Translations under genes and position numbers: made by a program
Notes under the pieces: model-generated
What the model was told of the DNA's origin: nothing
What the model saw: the letters and a program-made list of their open reading frames with translations, nothing else
Databases searched by the model: none
Assembly (NCBI GenBank): GCA_963743305.1
Contig: CAVUPH010000042.1
Coordinates: 64,001 to 128,000 of the forward strand
DNA from: an uncultured delta proteobacterium
GTDB taxonomy: Bacteria; Desulfobacterota; RBG-13-43-22
Direction of reading: 5' to 3'
DNA: 64,000 bases
In this document: piece after piece, positions 1 to 10,550 of the stretch
Layout: each line of letters starts with the position of its first letter
How positions within the stretch are numbered: position 1 is the first letter of the stretch

Positions 1-553
1 GTACTGGGGATACACCCGAACGCTGGAAGAATACTGGCAAACGCATATGGACCTGCTGGTCCAGCATCCCAAGATCCGGCTGCCCGAATGGCAAATCCGC
101 ACCAACCTGGAGCACGAAAGGATCGCCGAACGGCAACCCGTCCGGGTCGGCCCCCGGGCCCGGCTTTCCCAGGTCATCCTGACCCCGGGATGCGAGGTGG
201 CGGGGCAGGTCCGACGGAGCGTGCTCTTCCCGGGGGTGATCGTTGAGCCGGGAGCCGTGGTGGAGGATTCCATCCTCCTTTACGACACCCGGGTGGAAGC
301 CGGGGCCCGTCTCTATAAAGTGATCACCGATAAGCGGGTGTCCATCGGCGAGGGAAGCCGGGTAGGCGGAAAAGACGATCTGCTTCCCAACCGGATCCAT
401 CCCGGGTTGCTTTCTTCGGGCCTGACGCTGATCGGTCATAACACCGATGTCCCGGCCCAGACCACGATCGGGGCCAACTGTCTTCTTTATCCGCATCTGG
501 ATCGGAAGGACTTCCCCGGCACCAGCCTATCCTCGGGGGAGGTCCTGCAATGA
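1..553 (+). CDS. Glucose-1-phosphate adenylyltransferase family protein (GlgD-like), 5' end outside window
   Basis: Frame open from window start (YWGYTRTLEEYWQTHMDLL...), C-terminal hexapeptide beta-helix paralogous to the next gene; YWGY replaces canonical YWRD; stop overlaps next ATG (ATGA). Confidence 0.8.
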   Translation, partial: YWGYTRTLEEYWQTHMDLLVQHPKIRLPEWQIRTNLEHERIAERQPVRVGPRARLSQVILTPGCEVAGQVRRSVLFPGVIVEPGAVVEDSILLYDTRVEAGARLYKVITDKRVSIGEGSRVGGKDDLLPNRIHPGLLSSGLTLIGHNTDVPAQTTIGANCLLYPHLDRKDFPGTSLSSGEVLQ

Positions 554-1812
554 GCGCTACCTTGGTCATGCTGCTGGCCGGAGGTGTCGGGAGCCGCCTG
601 AGTCTCCTGGTTTCGGCCCGGGCCAAACCGGCGGTACCTTTCGGCGGCAATTACCGGATCATCGATTTCACCTTGAGCAACATCATGAATTCCGGACTGG
701 AACGAGTAGGGGTACTGACCCAGTATAAACCCCTTTCCCTGATGAACCATATCGGTTCCGGGCGCGCCTGGGACCTGACCGGGCGTACCCGGGGAATCAC
801 TATCCTCCCACCCCAGACCGGCAAAAAGGATTCCGACTGGTACAAAGGGACGGCGGATGCCTTACGCCAAAATCTGGACTTCCTGAAGCGCTTTGATACC
901 GACCAAGTATTGGTGGTTTCCGGCGATCATATCTACTTTATGGACTATAATCCGATGATCGCCTATCACCGGCGAAATAAGGCCGACGTGACGGTGGCCA
1001 TGCGGCAGGTCCCCTGGGATCAGGTCATGCACTACGGTATCGGCCAAAAAGACGGGAAGGGCCGGATCGTTCATTGGGAAGAAAAACCCAAGGTGGCCAA
1101 GAGCAACTTGGCCTCCACCGGGGTTTACCTTTTCCGGACCGAATATCTCCTGAAGGTCCTCACTGAAACGCAGGCCATTGATTTCGGACACCATGTCGTT
1201 CCCCAGGCCATCGGTCAAGACCGGGTGTTCGCCTACCCCTTCTCCGGGTATTGGCGGGATGTGGGAACGCTGGCCTTCTACTTCGAGGCCCATCAGGAGC
1301 TCCTGGACCCGGCTTCCGGACTGAACCCCGAGGCTTGGGGTATTCAGACCAACTTGGATGAGGAGGGAAGGAGAGGGGACCGTCCGCCGATCGTTGTTCT
1401 CCGAGGGGCCCGGGTCAGTCGGAGTTTTCTCTCCTCCGGGGTGGTCATTGAGGGGCGGGTGGAGGGATCGATCCTGTCTCCCGGGGTGAAAGTGAAGAAG
1501 GGGGCGCAGGTTCTCAATTCCATTATCCTGCACGATGGAGAAATCGGCGCCGGAGCGTTGCTGGACCGGGTGATTTTGGACAAAAGGGTGGTCATTGGGG
1601 AAAAGGCCCGCATCGATGGCCGATCCGCGGTCCCCAACCGAGAATTTCCGTCCCATTTATCCGAAGGCATTACGCTGATCGGGAAAAAGGCCTTCATCCC
1701 CCCGGGTCTGGTGGTCAAAGGCAATTGCCTGCTCTTCCCCGACCTGAAAGAGGAGGATTATTCCGAAGCCGTTATTGAAGAAGGGATGACCGTTCGGCCC
1801 AGGGAGGATTGA
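550..1812 (+). CDS. glgC: Glucose-1-phosphate adenylyltransferase
   Basis: LAGGVGSRL, RAKPAVPFGGNYRIIDF, WYKGTADA, SGDHIY, EKP and YWRDVGT motifs. Confidence 0.93.
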   Translation: MSATLVMLLAGGVGSRLSLLVSARAKPAVPFGGNYRIIDFTLSNIMNSGLERVGVLTQYKPLSLMNHIGSGRAWDLTGRTRGITILPPQTGKKDSDWYKGTADALRQNLDFLKRFDTDQVLVVSGDHIYFMDYNPMIAYHRRNKADVTVAMRQVPWDQVMHYGIGQKDGKGRIVHWEEKPKVAKSNLASTGVYLFRTEYLLKVLTETQAIDFGHHVVPQAIGQDRVFAYPFSGYWRDVGTLAFYFEAHQELLDPASGLNPEAWGIQTNLDEEGRRGDRPPIVVLRGARVSRSFLSSGVVIEGRVEGSILSPGVKVKKGAQVLNSIILHDGEIGAGALLDRVILDKRVVIGEKARIDGRSAVPNREFPSHLSEGITLIGKKAFIPPGLVVKGNCLLFPDLKEEDYSEAVIEEGMTVRPRED

Positions 1813-1912
1813 AATCAGCAGGGCACATTTAACCCCCTGGGGTCACAAAGGGTCTACACAGGCAATTTGAATGCCTTTCATCCGGATTAGGTAAGCCACT
1901 AAGGAGCAGCTA

Positions 1913-3218
1913 ATGGTTGGACGATGTTTTTTTGTTCTCAGCGTTTTTATGTCGATACTGGTGGGGAAAACCTCTGCCGGGGCGGAAGAGTGGGATTTGA
2001 ACTACTGTCTGGAACTGGGATTAAAGCAGAATCCTAAAATCATCGCGGCGGAAAAGGCGGCTGAGGCGGCCAAGGCCCGGGTGGTCCAGTTCCAAGCGGA
2101 TTATTATCCGAATCTGGCCCTGGAGGGAGATGCCACCCGTTATAACGGCAACTTGAACTCTTCGTCCAGGTCAACGGCCACTTCCGATTATAACCAGTAC
2201 CTGGTTTCCTTGGGTTTGACGCAAAACATTTATGATTTCGGCCGGCGGGAGTACAAGGTTCAGGCCGCAAAAGAAGACCTGAAAGCCTATGGCTGGGACT
2301 TGAAGGATATCCGACTCGGCGTCATCGATGAAATAAGGCAGGGCTACTACGGCGTGCTGCTGGCTGACCGGGGCGAAAAAGTCAGGGAGAAGGAATTGGA
2401 GCGCACCCAATTATTTTTGCGTCAGGCCCAGGGGTTCTACCAGGTCGGGCTTAAACCCAGGATCGACGTGACCCAGGCGGAATTGCAGCTTATCCAGGCC
2501 CAAAAGGCCCTGCTGAAAGCCAAAAATGATTTATCGGTCAGCCGGGTCAATCTCCAGAAATCCTTAGGTCTAGACTACTCCCGCGACTATACCTTGAAGG
2601 ATGACTTGGAGGCCGATCGAGTCCAGTGGAATTTGGGGGATTTGAGAAAGGAGGCCTTGGCCGGTCAACCCACCTTGAATCGGTTGCGCGTCCTGATTCA
2701 ATATTGGGAAGCCCAGGTAAAGGTGGCCGAGCGAGATTATTGGCCCCGGTTGGATGCCTTAGCCAATTGGGGGCGCAACGGCTCGGATTATCCAGGGGGG
2801 GGGGTACGACAATTCCTGGAACGTGGGGGTTCAAATGACGGTGCCTATTTTTTCCGGTTTTGCCTCCCGGGCCAAAATTGAAGAGAACCGGGCCGTGCTG
2901 AGTCAGGCCAAGGCCAATGCCCGGAACCAGGAATTGCAGATACTCAGCACCGTCGAAAGCGGCTATCTAAATCTCATACTGGCCGGAAAACAGATCGAGG
3001 TGGCCCGGGAAGCGCTGCGTACAGCCCGGGAGAACCTGGATTTGGCCGAGGGGAGGTACCAGGCCGGTGTGGGTACCATGCTGGAGGTCACCGATGCCCG
3101 GGTCTCTTGGACTCAATCCGAAAATGATTACATTCAGTCCTTTTATGATTACCGGGTTGCCCGCTACAGTTTGGAGAGAACGCTGGGTCGGGATTATAAC
3201 CTGGGAGGAGCGCAGTAG
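1913..3218 (+). CDS. TolC-family outer membrane efflux protein, frameshifted at G10 run 2795-2804
   Basis: Signal peptide and OEP repeats (YQVGLKPRIDV, RYQAGVGTMLEV); ORFs 1913-2881 and 2823-3218 join if one G is removed (PGGGYDNSWNVGVQM). Confidence 0.85.
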
Positions 3219-4559
3219 CTAAAAGATTTCCTTCAGTTGAATTTCCTTCTGATCCCCCACCACCACCAGCAGGAACCTGTCGGGCTGCAGGTATTTACGG
3301 GCCGTCCGCAATATTTCCTCTTGGGTAACCCGATTGATAAGCTCCGGGTATTTTTCGGGATAGTCCAATCCTAACCCGTAAAACTCCATGGCGGATAACA
3401 TTTTAACCATCTTGGCGTTGGTATCCATTCGCAGCGGGAAGCTGCCGGTCAGGTAGGCCTTGGCCTCGGCCAGTTCGGTGGCGGTGACCCCGTTTTCCAG
3501 GAATTTTTTTAATTCCTTCATGATCTCGGTAACGGCCTGATTGGTGCTCCGGTTTTTGGTCTCGAGGGAAATTTCGAAAGCGCCGGGAAAGGCCCGGGCA
3601 TCAAAATGGCTATAAATACCGTAGGTTAAACCAAGATTATCCCGGATCTGATCCATCAGCCGGGAAACAAAACCTCCACCCCCCAAGATATAGTTCATGA
3701 CCAGCAGGGTGTAATAGTCGGGATTGTCGCGCTTTACTCCCAGATGGCCCCAAAGGATGTTGGCCTGGCTGCTCGAACGGTCGATCTTAACCACTTCCGA
3801 TCTGGTCAGGCCTTGAGCGGGGGCTAGAGCTGGTTTTTGAATCGGAGCGGCTTGCCAGCCGCCTAAGGCTTTTTCCAGGAAAGCGGCGGCCTCTTCCAGG
3901 TTGATCTGCCCCACGATGGTCACCAGGGCATTGTTCGGCCGGTAATAGGATTGAAAGAAACGCTGGATATCGACCCGGGTCAGCCGGTCCAGCGTGGTGA
4001 CCGACCCTTCCACCGGATGGGCATAGGGATGGTCCCGGAATAGACTCCGGGCAAAGGCCAACTGGGCTATCTGCCGCGGTTCCTCTTCCATCCGTTTCAG
4101 CCGGGCCTTCATTTCGGCGATTTTTCGCGCCACCTCCGGTTCCGCGAATCGGGGGTTCAGCAGAATATCGGCCAGTAGGTCCATTCCCAGGGAAAGATCT
4201 TTCTTCAGGACCGCCAGTTGGATAGAGGTGAAATCGAGATCGGCGGCGGAGGATAAAGACCCCCCCACCGATTCTATCCGCCTACTGATTCGGACGGCAT
4301 CCTGGGTGGCCGTCCCCTGCAACAATAATTCCGCGGTCAGGTTGGCCAGGCCTAACTGATTGGCGGTGTCCACGGAGGAACCGGCCCGCAGCAGGACTTG
4401 TAGGTGAACGGTGGGGAGCTGGTTCCGTTCCGCCACCACCAGGGTCAAACCGTTGGCCAGGGTGGTTTTCCGGACGATTTCCGCGGAAAAGGAAAAATGA
4501 GCCCAGAGGATCTGACTCAGAGCCAGGAGGAGAATTATACCAAGGATTTTTTGGGGCAT
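3219..4559 (-). CDS. M16 (pitrilysin) family peptidase, non-catalytic subunit
   Basis: LANGLTLVV, GLANLTAELL (no HxxEH), LGGGGFVSRL...IRDNLGLTY. Confidence 0.88.
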   Translation of the reverse strand: MPQKILGIILLLALSQILWAHFSFSAEIVRKTTLANGLTLVVAERNQLPTVHLQVLLRAGSSVDTANQLGLANLTAELLLQGTATQDAVRISRRIESVGGSLSSAADLDFTSIQLAVLKKDLSLGMDLLADILLNPRFAEPEVARKIAEMKARLKRMEEEPRQIAQLAFARSLFRDHPYAHPVEGSVTTLDRLTRVDIQRFFQSYYRPNNALVTIVGQINLEEAAAFLEKALGGWQAAPIQKPALAPAQGLTRSEVVKIDRSSSQANILWGHLGVKRDNPDYYTLLVMNYILGGGGFVSRLMDQIRDNLGLTYGIYSHFDARAFPGAFEISLETKNRSTNQAVTEIMKELKKFLENGVTATELAEAKAYLTGSFPLRMDTNAKMVKMLSAMEFYGLGLDYPEKYPELINRVTQEEILRTARKYLQPDRFLLVVVGDQKEIQLKEIF

Positions 4560-4571
4560 ACCGATTTTCCT

Positions 4572-5903
4572 TTATTCGCTGGGGAGCAGCACACCTACCG
4601 TGAGATTGGCGGGTTGAAAATAAGTCCGGTAGACTCGAAGTAAATCGTCCGGGGTAACGGCCCTGATGCCGGGCAGGAATTTTTGGATGTCCCTCCAACT
4701 CCCCAGGGTCTGATTTTTTCCTAAAAGCATCCCCTGATAGAAAATAGAGTCCTGACCAAAAATATAGGAGGCTTCAATCTGGTTTTTAGCCCGCTCAATC
4801 TCTTCCGGGGTCGGGGGGATTTTCCCCCAGTCGGTGATTTCCTGGTGAAGCCGGTGTTCGATTTGTTCCGCTGATTTCCCGGGCATGGCCTGGGCCGACA
4901 CATAAAACAGATGGGGGTCCCGGGAATTGAAGGAGAAATCAGCGCCGGTTTCCAGCGCGAGTTGTTCCTCATAGACCATCTTCCGGTAAAGGCGGGAACT
5001 TTTACCTCCGGCCAATATCTGGGACATGACTTTCAGGGGGAAGGCGTCCGGGTGGGGATAAGCCGGGACATGGTAGACCAGCGTGACATAAGGAAGCCGG
5101 GCCTCCGGCCTTCGCAAGGTAACCCGTTTTTCAGCCTCCTGGGGCGGCTCCTGAATCTTGATTCGAACGAGGGGCTTCCCCGGGGGAATTTTTCCGAAGG
5201 TTTCGCGAATGAGGGGCAGCACCTTTTCTTTTTGAAAATCGCCCACCACCACCACGACGGCGTTGCCGGGCTGATAGAAGCGGCGGTAGAAATCCTGGAA
5301 GTCCGAATGGGTCAGGCCCTCCAGGTCTTCCATCCAACCGATGATCGGCCGTTGATAGGGGTGGGATTTGAAGGCCACGGCGCCGATCTCTTCATAGAGA
5401 GAGGCCACGGGGTCATCCTTGATCCGCAGCCGGCGTTCTTCCTTGACGACCAGAAGTTCGGTCTGGAATTTTTGCTCATCCACCCTCAAACCGGTCATCC
5501 GGTCCGATTCCAGATCCAGGGCAATGGCCAGTCGGTCGGAGGCGATATTTTCAAAATAAGCGGTATAATCACGGCTGGTGAAGGCGTTATCCTGGCCGCC
5601 GTTTTTTTGAATGACCCGGGAGAACATCTTGGGGCCGACTTTTTCGGTCCCTCGAAACATGAGGTGTTCCACCAGGTGGGTCAGCCCGGACTGGCCCAGC
5701 GGTTCGTCCCGGGACCCGACATTGTACCAGATCTGAGAGGTCACTACCGGGGCCTTGTGGTTTTCCAGCAACAGGACCTTAAGACCGTTGGGCAGCGTTG
5801 TTTCCAGAACTTCTTCCGCGGTCAGGGCCTCGGACCGCCCTCCGAAACCCAAGATCAGCAGCCCAACCGCCATAACCAGCCCCAATAAAATAATTCGGTC
5901 CAT
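4572..5903 (-). CDS. M16 family zinc peptidase, catalytic subunit
   Basis: HLVEHLMFRGT (HxxEH), NAFTSRDYTAY, VKEERR; signal peptide. Confidence 0.9.
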   Translation of the reverse strand: MDRIILLGLVMAVGLLILGFGGRSEALTAEEVLETTLPNGLKVLLLENHKAPVVTSQIWYNVGSRDEPLGQSGLTHLVEHLMFRGTEKVGPKMFSRVIQKNGGQDNAFTSRDYTAYFENIASDRLAIALDLESDRMTGLRVDEQKFQTELLVVKEERRLRIKDDPVASLYEEIGAVAFKSHPYQRPIIGWMEDLEGLTHSDFQDFYRRFYQPGNAVVVVVGDFQKEKVLPLIRETFGKIPPGKPLVRIKIQEPPQEAEKRVTLRRPEARLPYVTLVYHVPAYPHPDAFPLKVMSQILAGGKSSRLYRKMVYEEQLALETGADFSFNSRDPHLFYVSAQAMPGKSAEQIEHRLHQEITDWGKIPPTPEEIERAKNQIEASYIFGQDSIFYQGMLLGKNQTLGSWRDIQKFLPGIRAVTPDDLLRVYRTYFQPANLTVGVLLPSE

Positions 5904-6075
5904 AACCGCGCCTTTGCTTGACAAGGATTTTATTTTAAATTATACCTTAAGGAAATAGGTTCGGCTTGACAAGGTTTTTTTCTAAATATATCTTGTGGTT
6001 CTCTTGAGCGGAATCGCCCGCCGAGCAAAAGGTCTTATTTAACCTTTTAGCGAGGTTAGCAAGGAGGAAAAATCG

Positions 6076-6555
6076 ATGCCCCTGGAAAGACAAATTTGGG
6101 ACGTGATGGATAGTCGCTTCACCAAAGTAACCCCGGAGACCCCTATCAAAGAGGCTTGCGCTATACTGACCGGTCTTCACCGGACCAAGCCCGGAGGACC
6201 GGGGCTGGTGGTTATGCGGTCCAATGGGGAATATCTGGGGGTGCTGTCGGTGAACGATATCCTGCGCTACCTGAATTTTATGTATGATCAATCTTTGCGG
6301 GAGAAAGAGAACTGGCTGGATAAGTTGATGGACCGCTGCGCGGATGAATCCTTGCTGTCGGTCAACGATGTGATGACCCGTTTCGACGTTTCGATCCGGC
6401 CCAATCAGAAGATCATCGAAGCCATCCGGATTATGCTGGAAGAAGACGTGGATCTCCTCCCGGTAGAGGACGCCGGTAAAATCATCGGGGTCATCTACGG
6501 GGAGACCATCCTGGGAGATATTGCTCGGCTGGTGAACAAAAATCCAAATTATTAG
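6076..6555 (+). CDS. CBS-domain pair protein
   Basis: Two CBS repeats (DVM...VTPETPIKEA; LLPVEDAGKIIGVI); RBS AGGAGG. Confidence 0.85.
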   Translation: MPLERQIWDVMDSRFTKVTPETPIKEACAILTGLHRTKPGGPGLVVMRSNGEYLGVLSVNDILRYLNFMYDQSLREKENWLDKLMDRCADESLLSVNDVMTRFDVSIRPNQKIIEAIRIMLEEDVDLLPVEDAGKIIGVIYGETILGDIARLVNKNPNY

Positions 6556-6569
6556 GGTAAAACCCATTT

Positions 6570-7319
6570 ATGGAACGAGCGCACATCAACACCAAGTATG
6601 ACGAGGAACTGAGTCTCCTCAAACAGCGAATCCTGCGCATGGGGGAGATGGTGGTCAACAATATCGAGAACGCCATCGTCTCGGTAACCTCCCGGGACCA
6701 TGATTTAGCCCAGATTATCCTGGACTCCGACCATCAGATCAATGAACTGGAAGTGGATGCCGAGGAAATGTGCTTGCGGATTATCGCCTTGCGGCAACCG
6801 GCCGGGCGGGATCTGCGGTTCATTTCCACGGCCATGAAAATCATCACCACCCTGGAGCGCATGGGCGACTTGGCGGTGAACATCAGCAAACGTTCCCTGG
6901 AACTGGGGCAGGAACCCCGAACGGGGGTGTGTTTCCATTTACCCATCATGGCCGAAGCCACGGAGGATTTGGTCCGCCGGGCCTTGAATGCCTTTGTGGC
7001 CGAGGATGTGGATCAGTCCCTCAAGGTCTGTACGGACGACGAGTATGTGGACCAGACCTATAAGAAACTAATTGGAGAGCTGATGCAGATGATGACGGAT
7101 AAAATTATCCCCATCCCCCGAGCCATGAAAATCATGCTGGTGGCTAAATACCTGGAACGCATTGCCGACCACGCCGTTCATATCTCCGAGATGGTGGTCT
7201 TCATGGTGGTGGGAAAAATCATCCGCCATCAGCAGACCACCCTTGATTACCTGGACGACCAGTTTCATAAACCCCGCCACGGGGACAAGGAAAAATCCCC
7301 GGCCAACCCCGTTTCCTAA
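6570..7319 (+). CDS. phoU: Phosphate signalling protein PhoU
   Basis: IALRQPAGRDLR, LERMGDLA and YLERIADHA repeats. Confidence 0.93.
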   Translation: MERAHINTKYDEELSLLKQRILRMGEMVVNNIENAIVSVTSRDHDLAQIILDSDHQINELEVDAEEMCLRIIALRQPAGRDLRFISTAMKIITTLERMGDLAVNISKRSLELGQEPRTGVCFHLPIMAEATEDLVRRALNAFVAEDVDQSLKVCTDDEYVDQTYKKLIGELMQMMTDKIIPIPRAMKIMLVAKYLERIADHAVHISEMVVFMVVGKIIRHQQTTLDYLDDQFHKPRHGDKEKSPANPVS

Positions 7320-7327
7320 AGATTTAT

Positions 7328-7646
7328 GGTTGATCGCCCTTTTGGGTGGCTGGCCACAATATTGGGTAGATTAACCTGAAATCGGGTCTCCGTGGCTGTG
7401 GGGTCTCGGCGAAAGGGTTTTCCATATTGCATTTTAGGTTCTAACCCGGCCCTCTTATTTTTAAATTCTTCAGGAGGCAGGGCCAGCCGAGGAGACATCA
7501 AAATACTCGGAGTATGGGCCTGCTTTAAATAAAGTTAGTAATTTAGGCCCGGATTCGAAGTCCGGAGTACCTTTGGAAAACCCTTTCGCCGAGACCCCAC
7601 GGCCAGACCAGATCTGGAGGGTATCCACCCAAAAGGGCGAGGCGTC
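7328..7646. mobile_element. MITE-like element with long nested inverted repeats and 8-bp target duplication
   Basis: IRs 7334-7349/7625-7640 (16/16) and 7393-7424/7574-7605 (31/32); AGATTTAT directly repeated at 7320-7327 and 7647-7654. Confidence 0.7.
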
Positions 7647-7650
7647 AGAT

Positions 7651-8272
7651 TTATTGAAAAAAAGGGTTGAATCGCCTTTCCTGGCCGATGGTGGTCTCGG
7701 GACCATGGCCGGGATAGACTTTAACGTCGTCACCCAGGATAAACAGGCGGTCCCGGACCGAACGGATCAAAGCCCCGTAGTCGCCGCCGGGGAAATCGGT
7801 GCGCCCGATGGAGCCGGAGAACAACGTGTCTCCGACAAAGAGATCCTGCGGGGTAAACAGGGAAATGCCGCCCGGGGAGTGTCCGGGAGTGTGAATGACC
7901 TTCAGGGTAATCCCGCCGAAAGTTATTTCATCTCCGTCTTCAAGCAGGCGGTCCGGCGGCGGGGAATCGTCGGCCTGCATGCCCCAAGACCGCCGCACTG
8001 GCGGAAAGCTGGGCCAGCATGGGGGCATCGCCGGCATGGATCAAAATGGGAGCGCCGGTTTTTTCTTTCAGGGCCTTGTTCCCGCCCACATGATCAAAGT
8101 GCCCGTGGGTGTTAATGATGGTTTTCAATTGCAGGTTGTTTTTTTGGAGCCGGGAGAGTATCCGTTGGGCCTCGTCTCCCGGATCGATGACCGCCGCCTC
8201 CCGGGTTTCCTCATCCCCTAAAATAAAACAATTGGCCTGGATCGGCCCCACGACTAAAGATTCAATAATCAA
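7651..8272 (-). CDS. MBL-fold metallo-hydrolase (glyoxalase II-like), frameshifted near 7985
   Basis: THGHFDHVGG, HTPGHSPG, GDTLF and YPGHG motifs spread over two overlapping ORFs. Confidence 0.88.
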
Positions 8273-8421
8273 TTTTTCGCTCCTTTAATTTTGATGAGTT
8301 CGCAAAAAGTCTGTCAGAGAGCGTTCGTCTGCGGCTGTTCTCCTCGGACCACGAGATATTTATAAAATTTAATACCTTCCACCTCCAAAAACAAGGGAGC
8401 AACAGGATTTTTCGGTCTCAC

Positions 8422-8751
8422 TTAATGATGGCTGGAATCCGAGTGTCCTCCGGCCAGTAAATACACGGCGGGTTGGTCGGTCAGGTTCTCCAGGAAAAGG
8501 GTTTCTTCCCCGCTGAGGTGAACGGCCTGCCCCTGTTTCAGGGTTCCTTCGGCCTCACCGCTGAAGCGGAAATCCCCCGTAACCGCCAGGATCATCTCCT
8601 CGTGGCCCTTTCCCGGTTTCAGTCGCCGGGTTTTTTCCCGGCTTCTCATCCGGCCGTAGATCAGGTAACAGGCATGACTGCCCGTATCCTCGGCGCCCAG
8701 AATCGTTTCGCCCGATTCGCCGACCCTGGAAATCACCTCGAAGATTTTCAT
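8422..8751 (-). CDS. Small cupin-like hypothetical protein
   Basis: GHEEMIL...LKQGQAVHL pattern, 109 aa. Confidence 0.6.
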   Translation of the reverse strand: MKIFEVISRVGESGETILGAEDTGSHACYLIYGRMRSREKTRRLKPGKGHEEMILAVTGDFRFSGEAEGTLKQGQAVHLSGEETLFLENLTDQPAVYLLAGGHSDSSHH

Positions 8752-8893
8752 GGGCTCTTCAGGTCCTTTCTTGAAAAATTAGCCGAGAATTTAAAGAATT
8801 TTTGGCTAATTTTTAAAGGATACCAGAATAGACCGGGAAGGCAAGCGGAACTTGCCGGTTGAGATTCCCGAAGAGTTGTGCTACAAGAATCCC

Positions 8894-10294
8894 ATGACAA
8901 AAATTCGAACCCGTTTTCCACCCAGCCCCACCGGCTATCTGCATATCGGCGGGGCCCGTACGGCCCTCTTCAATTGGCTGTTTGCCCGACAGCAGGGAGG
9001 GACTTTTGTCCTCCGAATTGAAGATACGGACGTGGCCCGGTCCACCGCAGAAAATACCCAGGTTATTTTGGAGGGGTTGCAGTGGCTGGGCCTGGATTGG
9101 GATGAGGGCCCCTTTTTTCAAACCCAACGGCTGGACCTTTACCGCCGCTATGTAAGGGAACTGCTGGACGGCGGGCAGGCCTATTACTGTCACTGTACCC
9201 CGGAGCTGCTCGAGCAAAAACGAGAGCAGGCCCGAGCGGAGGGCCGTAAGCCTAAGTACGATGGCACCTGCCGCGAAAAAGGGTTGGGGCCGGCCCCGGG
9301 GGCGGCGGTCCGGTTGAAGGCCCCTCAGTCCGGGGTGACCCGTCTGGATGACCTGATCAAAGGGCCGGTCATTTTCCAGAATGAGGAGTTGGACGACCTG
9401 ATTCTGGCCCGGGGAGACGGCATGCCCACCTACCACCTGGCCGTGGTGGTGGACGACCTGACCATGGACATCACCCACGTCATCCGGGGCGATGATCACG
9501 TCAACAATACCCCCAAACAGATTCAGATCTACCAGGCCCTGGGGCGACCGTTACCCCAATATGCCCACGTGCCGATGATCTTGGGCCCGGACAAGACCAA
9601 ACTCAGCAAGCGGCATGGCGCCGTATCGGTGTTGGCCTACCGGGAGATGGGCATACTGCCGGAGGCCCTGATCAATACCCTGGTTCGTCTGGGCTGGGCC
9701 CACGGGGACGAGGAGATCTTTTCCCGGGAGGAGATGGTCGCCAAGTTTTCTCTGGATCAGGTCGGTAAATCGGCCGGGATTTTTAACCAGGAGAAACTGC
9801 TCTGGCTGAACAGCCATTACCTCAAAGAATCTCCGAATGAGAAACTGGCCGCCCTGGTCGCCCCGTATATCGAGGCGCGGGGCTTCCCGGCGGAAGATCT
9901 TGCTTATTTGGCCCGGGTGGCGGGAACGCTGAAGACCCGCGGCAAAACCCTGGTGGAGATGGCCGAGGCGGCCGACTTTTATTTTCAGGAGGAATTGAGT
10001 TATCCGCCGGAGGCGGTTCAGAAATCTTTCACCCTGGAAATGCTGCCCATCCTGGAATTGCTGGTTCAAAGGTTGACGGACCTGCCGGGCTGGGATCATT
10101 CCGCCCTGGAGTCGGTTTTCCAGAAGCTGGTCGATCAAACCGACCTGAAAATGAAGCAGATCGCCCCGCCGATCCGGCTGGCCCTGACCGGTAAAAAGGC
10201 CAGTCCGGGGCTCTTTGAGGTGATGGAGGCGCTGGGTAAAGCAGGGACGCTGGGCCGCATCCACAGGGCGATTCAAATTATTCGAGAAGGATAG
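8894..10294 (+). CDS. gltX: Glutamate--tRNA ligase
   Basis: RFPPSPTGYLHIGG, LRIEDTD, IRGDDH, KLSKR; adjacent to tRNA-Gln and tRNA-Glu. Confidence 0.97.
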   Translation: MTKIRTRFPPSPTGYLHIGGARTALFNWLFARQQGGTFVLRIEDTDVARSTAENTQVILEGLQWLGLDWDEGPFFQTQRLDLYRRYVRELLDGGQAYYCHCTPELLEQKREQARAEGRKPKYDGTCREKGLGPAPGAAVRLKAPQSGVTRLDDLIKGPVIFQNEELDDLILARGDGMPTYHLAVVVDDLTMDITHVIRGDDHVNNTPKQIQIYQALGRPLPQYAHVPMILGPDKTKLSKRHGAVSVLAYREMGILPEALINTLVRLGWAHGDEEIFSREEMVAKFSLDQVGKSAGIFNQEKLLWLNSHYLKESPNEKLAALVAPYIEARGFPAEDLAYLARVAGTLKTRGKTLVEMAEAADFYFQEELSYPPEAVQKSFTLEMLPILELLVQRLTDLPGWDHSALESVFQKLVDQTDLKMKQIAPPIRLALTGKKASPGLFEVMEALGKAGTLGRIHRAIQIIREG

Positions 10295-10349
10295 CTTTCG
10301 ACAAAATCCTTGCTTTTTTAGCAAAAAAGCCCTATTATTATAGGTTAAC

Positions 10350-10423
10350 TGGGGGATCGTTCAACGGTAGGACTGCAGGCTCTGGATCTGCCTATCAAGG
10401 TTCGAATCCTTGTCCCCCAGCCA
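10350..10423 (+). tRNA. tRNA-Gln (CTG)
   Basis: Acceptor TGGGGGA/TCCCCCA, anticodon loop CTCTGGA, GGTTCGAATCC T-arm, CCA end. Confidence 0.95.
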
Positions 10424-10431
10424 TTTTTATT

Positions 10432-10507
10432 GGTCCCATCGTCTAGTGGCCTAGGACACCGGCCTCTCACGCCGGTAACACGGGTTCGAACCCCGTTGGG
10501 ACCACCA
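10432..10507 (+). tRNA. tRNA-Glu (CTC)
   Basis: GGTCCCA/TGGGACC acceptor, CCGGC-CTCTCAC-GCCGG anticodon arm, GGTTCGAACCC, CCA end. Confidence 0.95.
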
Positions 10508-10516
10508 AATAAAATC

Positions 10517-10550
10517 AAAGGCCTGGAAGAAATTCCAGGCCTTTTTTATT
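10517..10550 (+). terminator. Rho-independent terminator after the tRNAs
   Basis: AAAGGCCTGGAA-gaaa-TTCCAGGCCTTT hairpin followed by T-tract. Confidence 0.8.

Noticed and set aside
8894-10507. Novelty of gltX clustering with tRNA-Gln and tRNA-Glu
   Set aside because: A common arrangement; whether the enzyme is non-discriminating cannot be decided from this sequence
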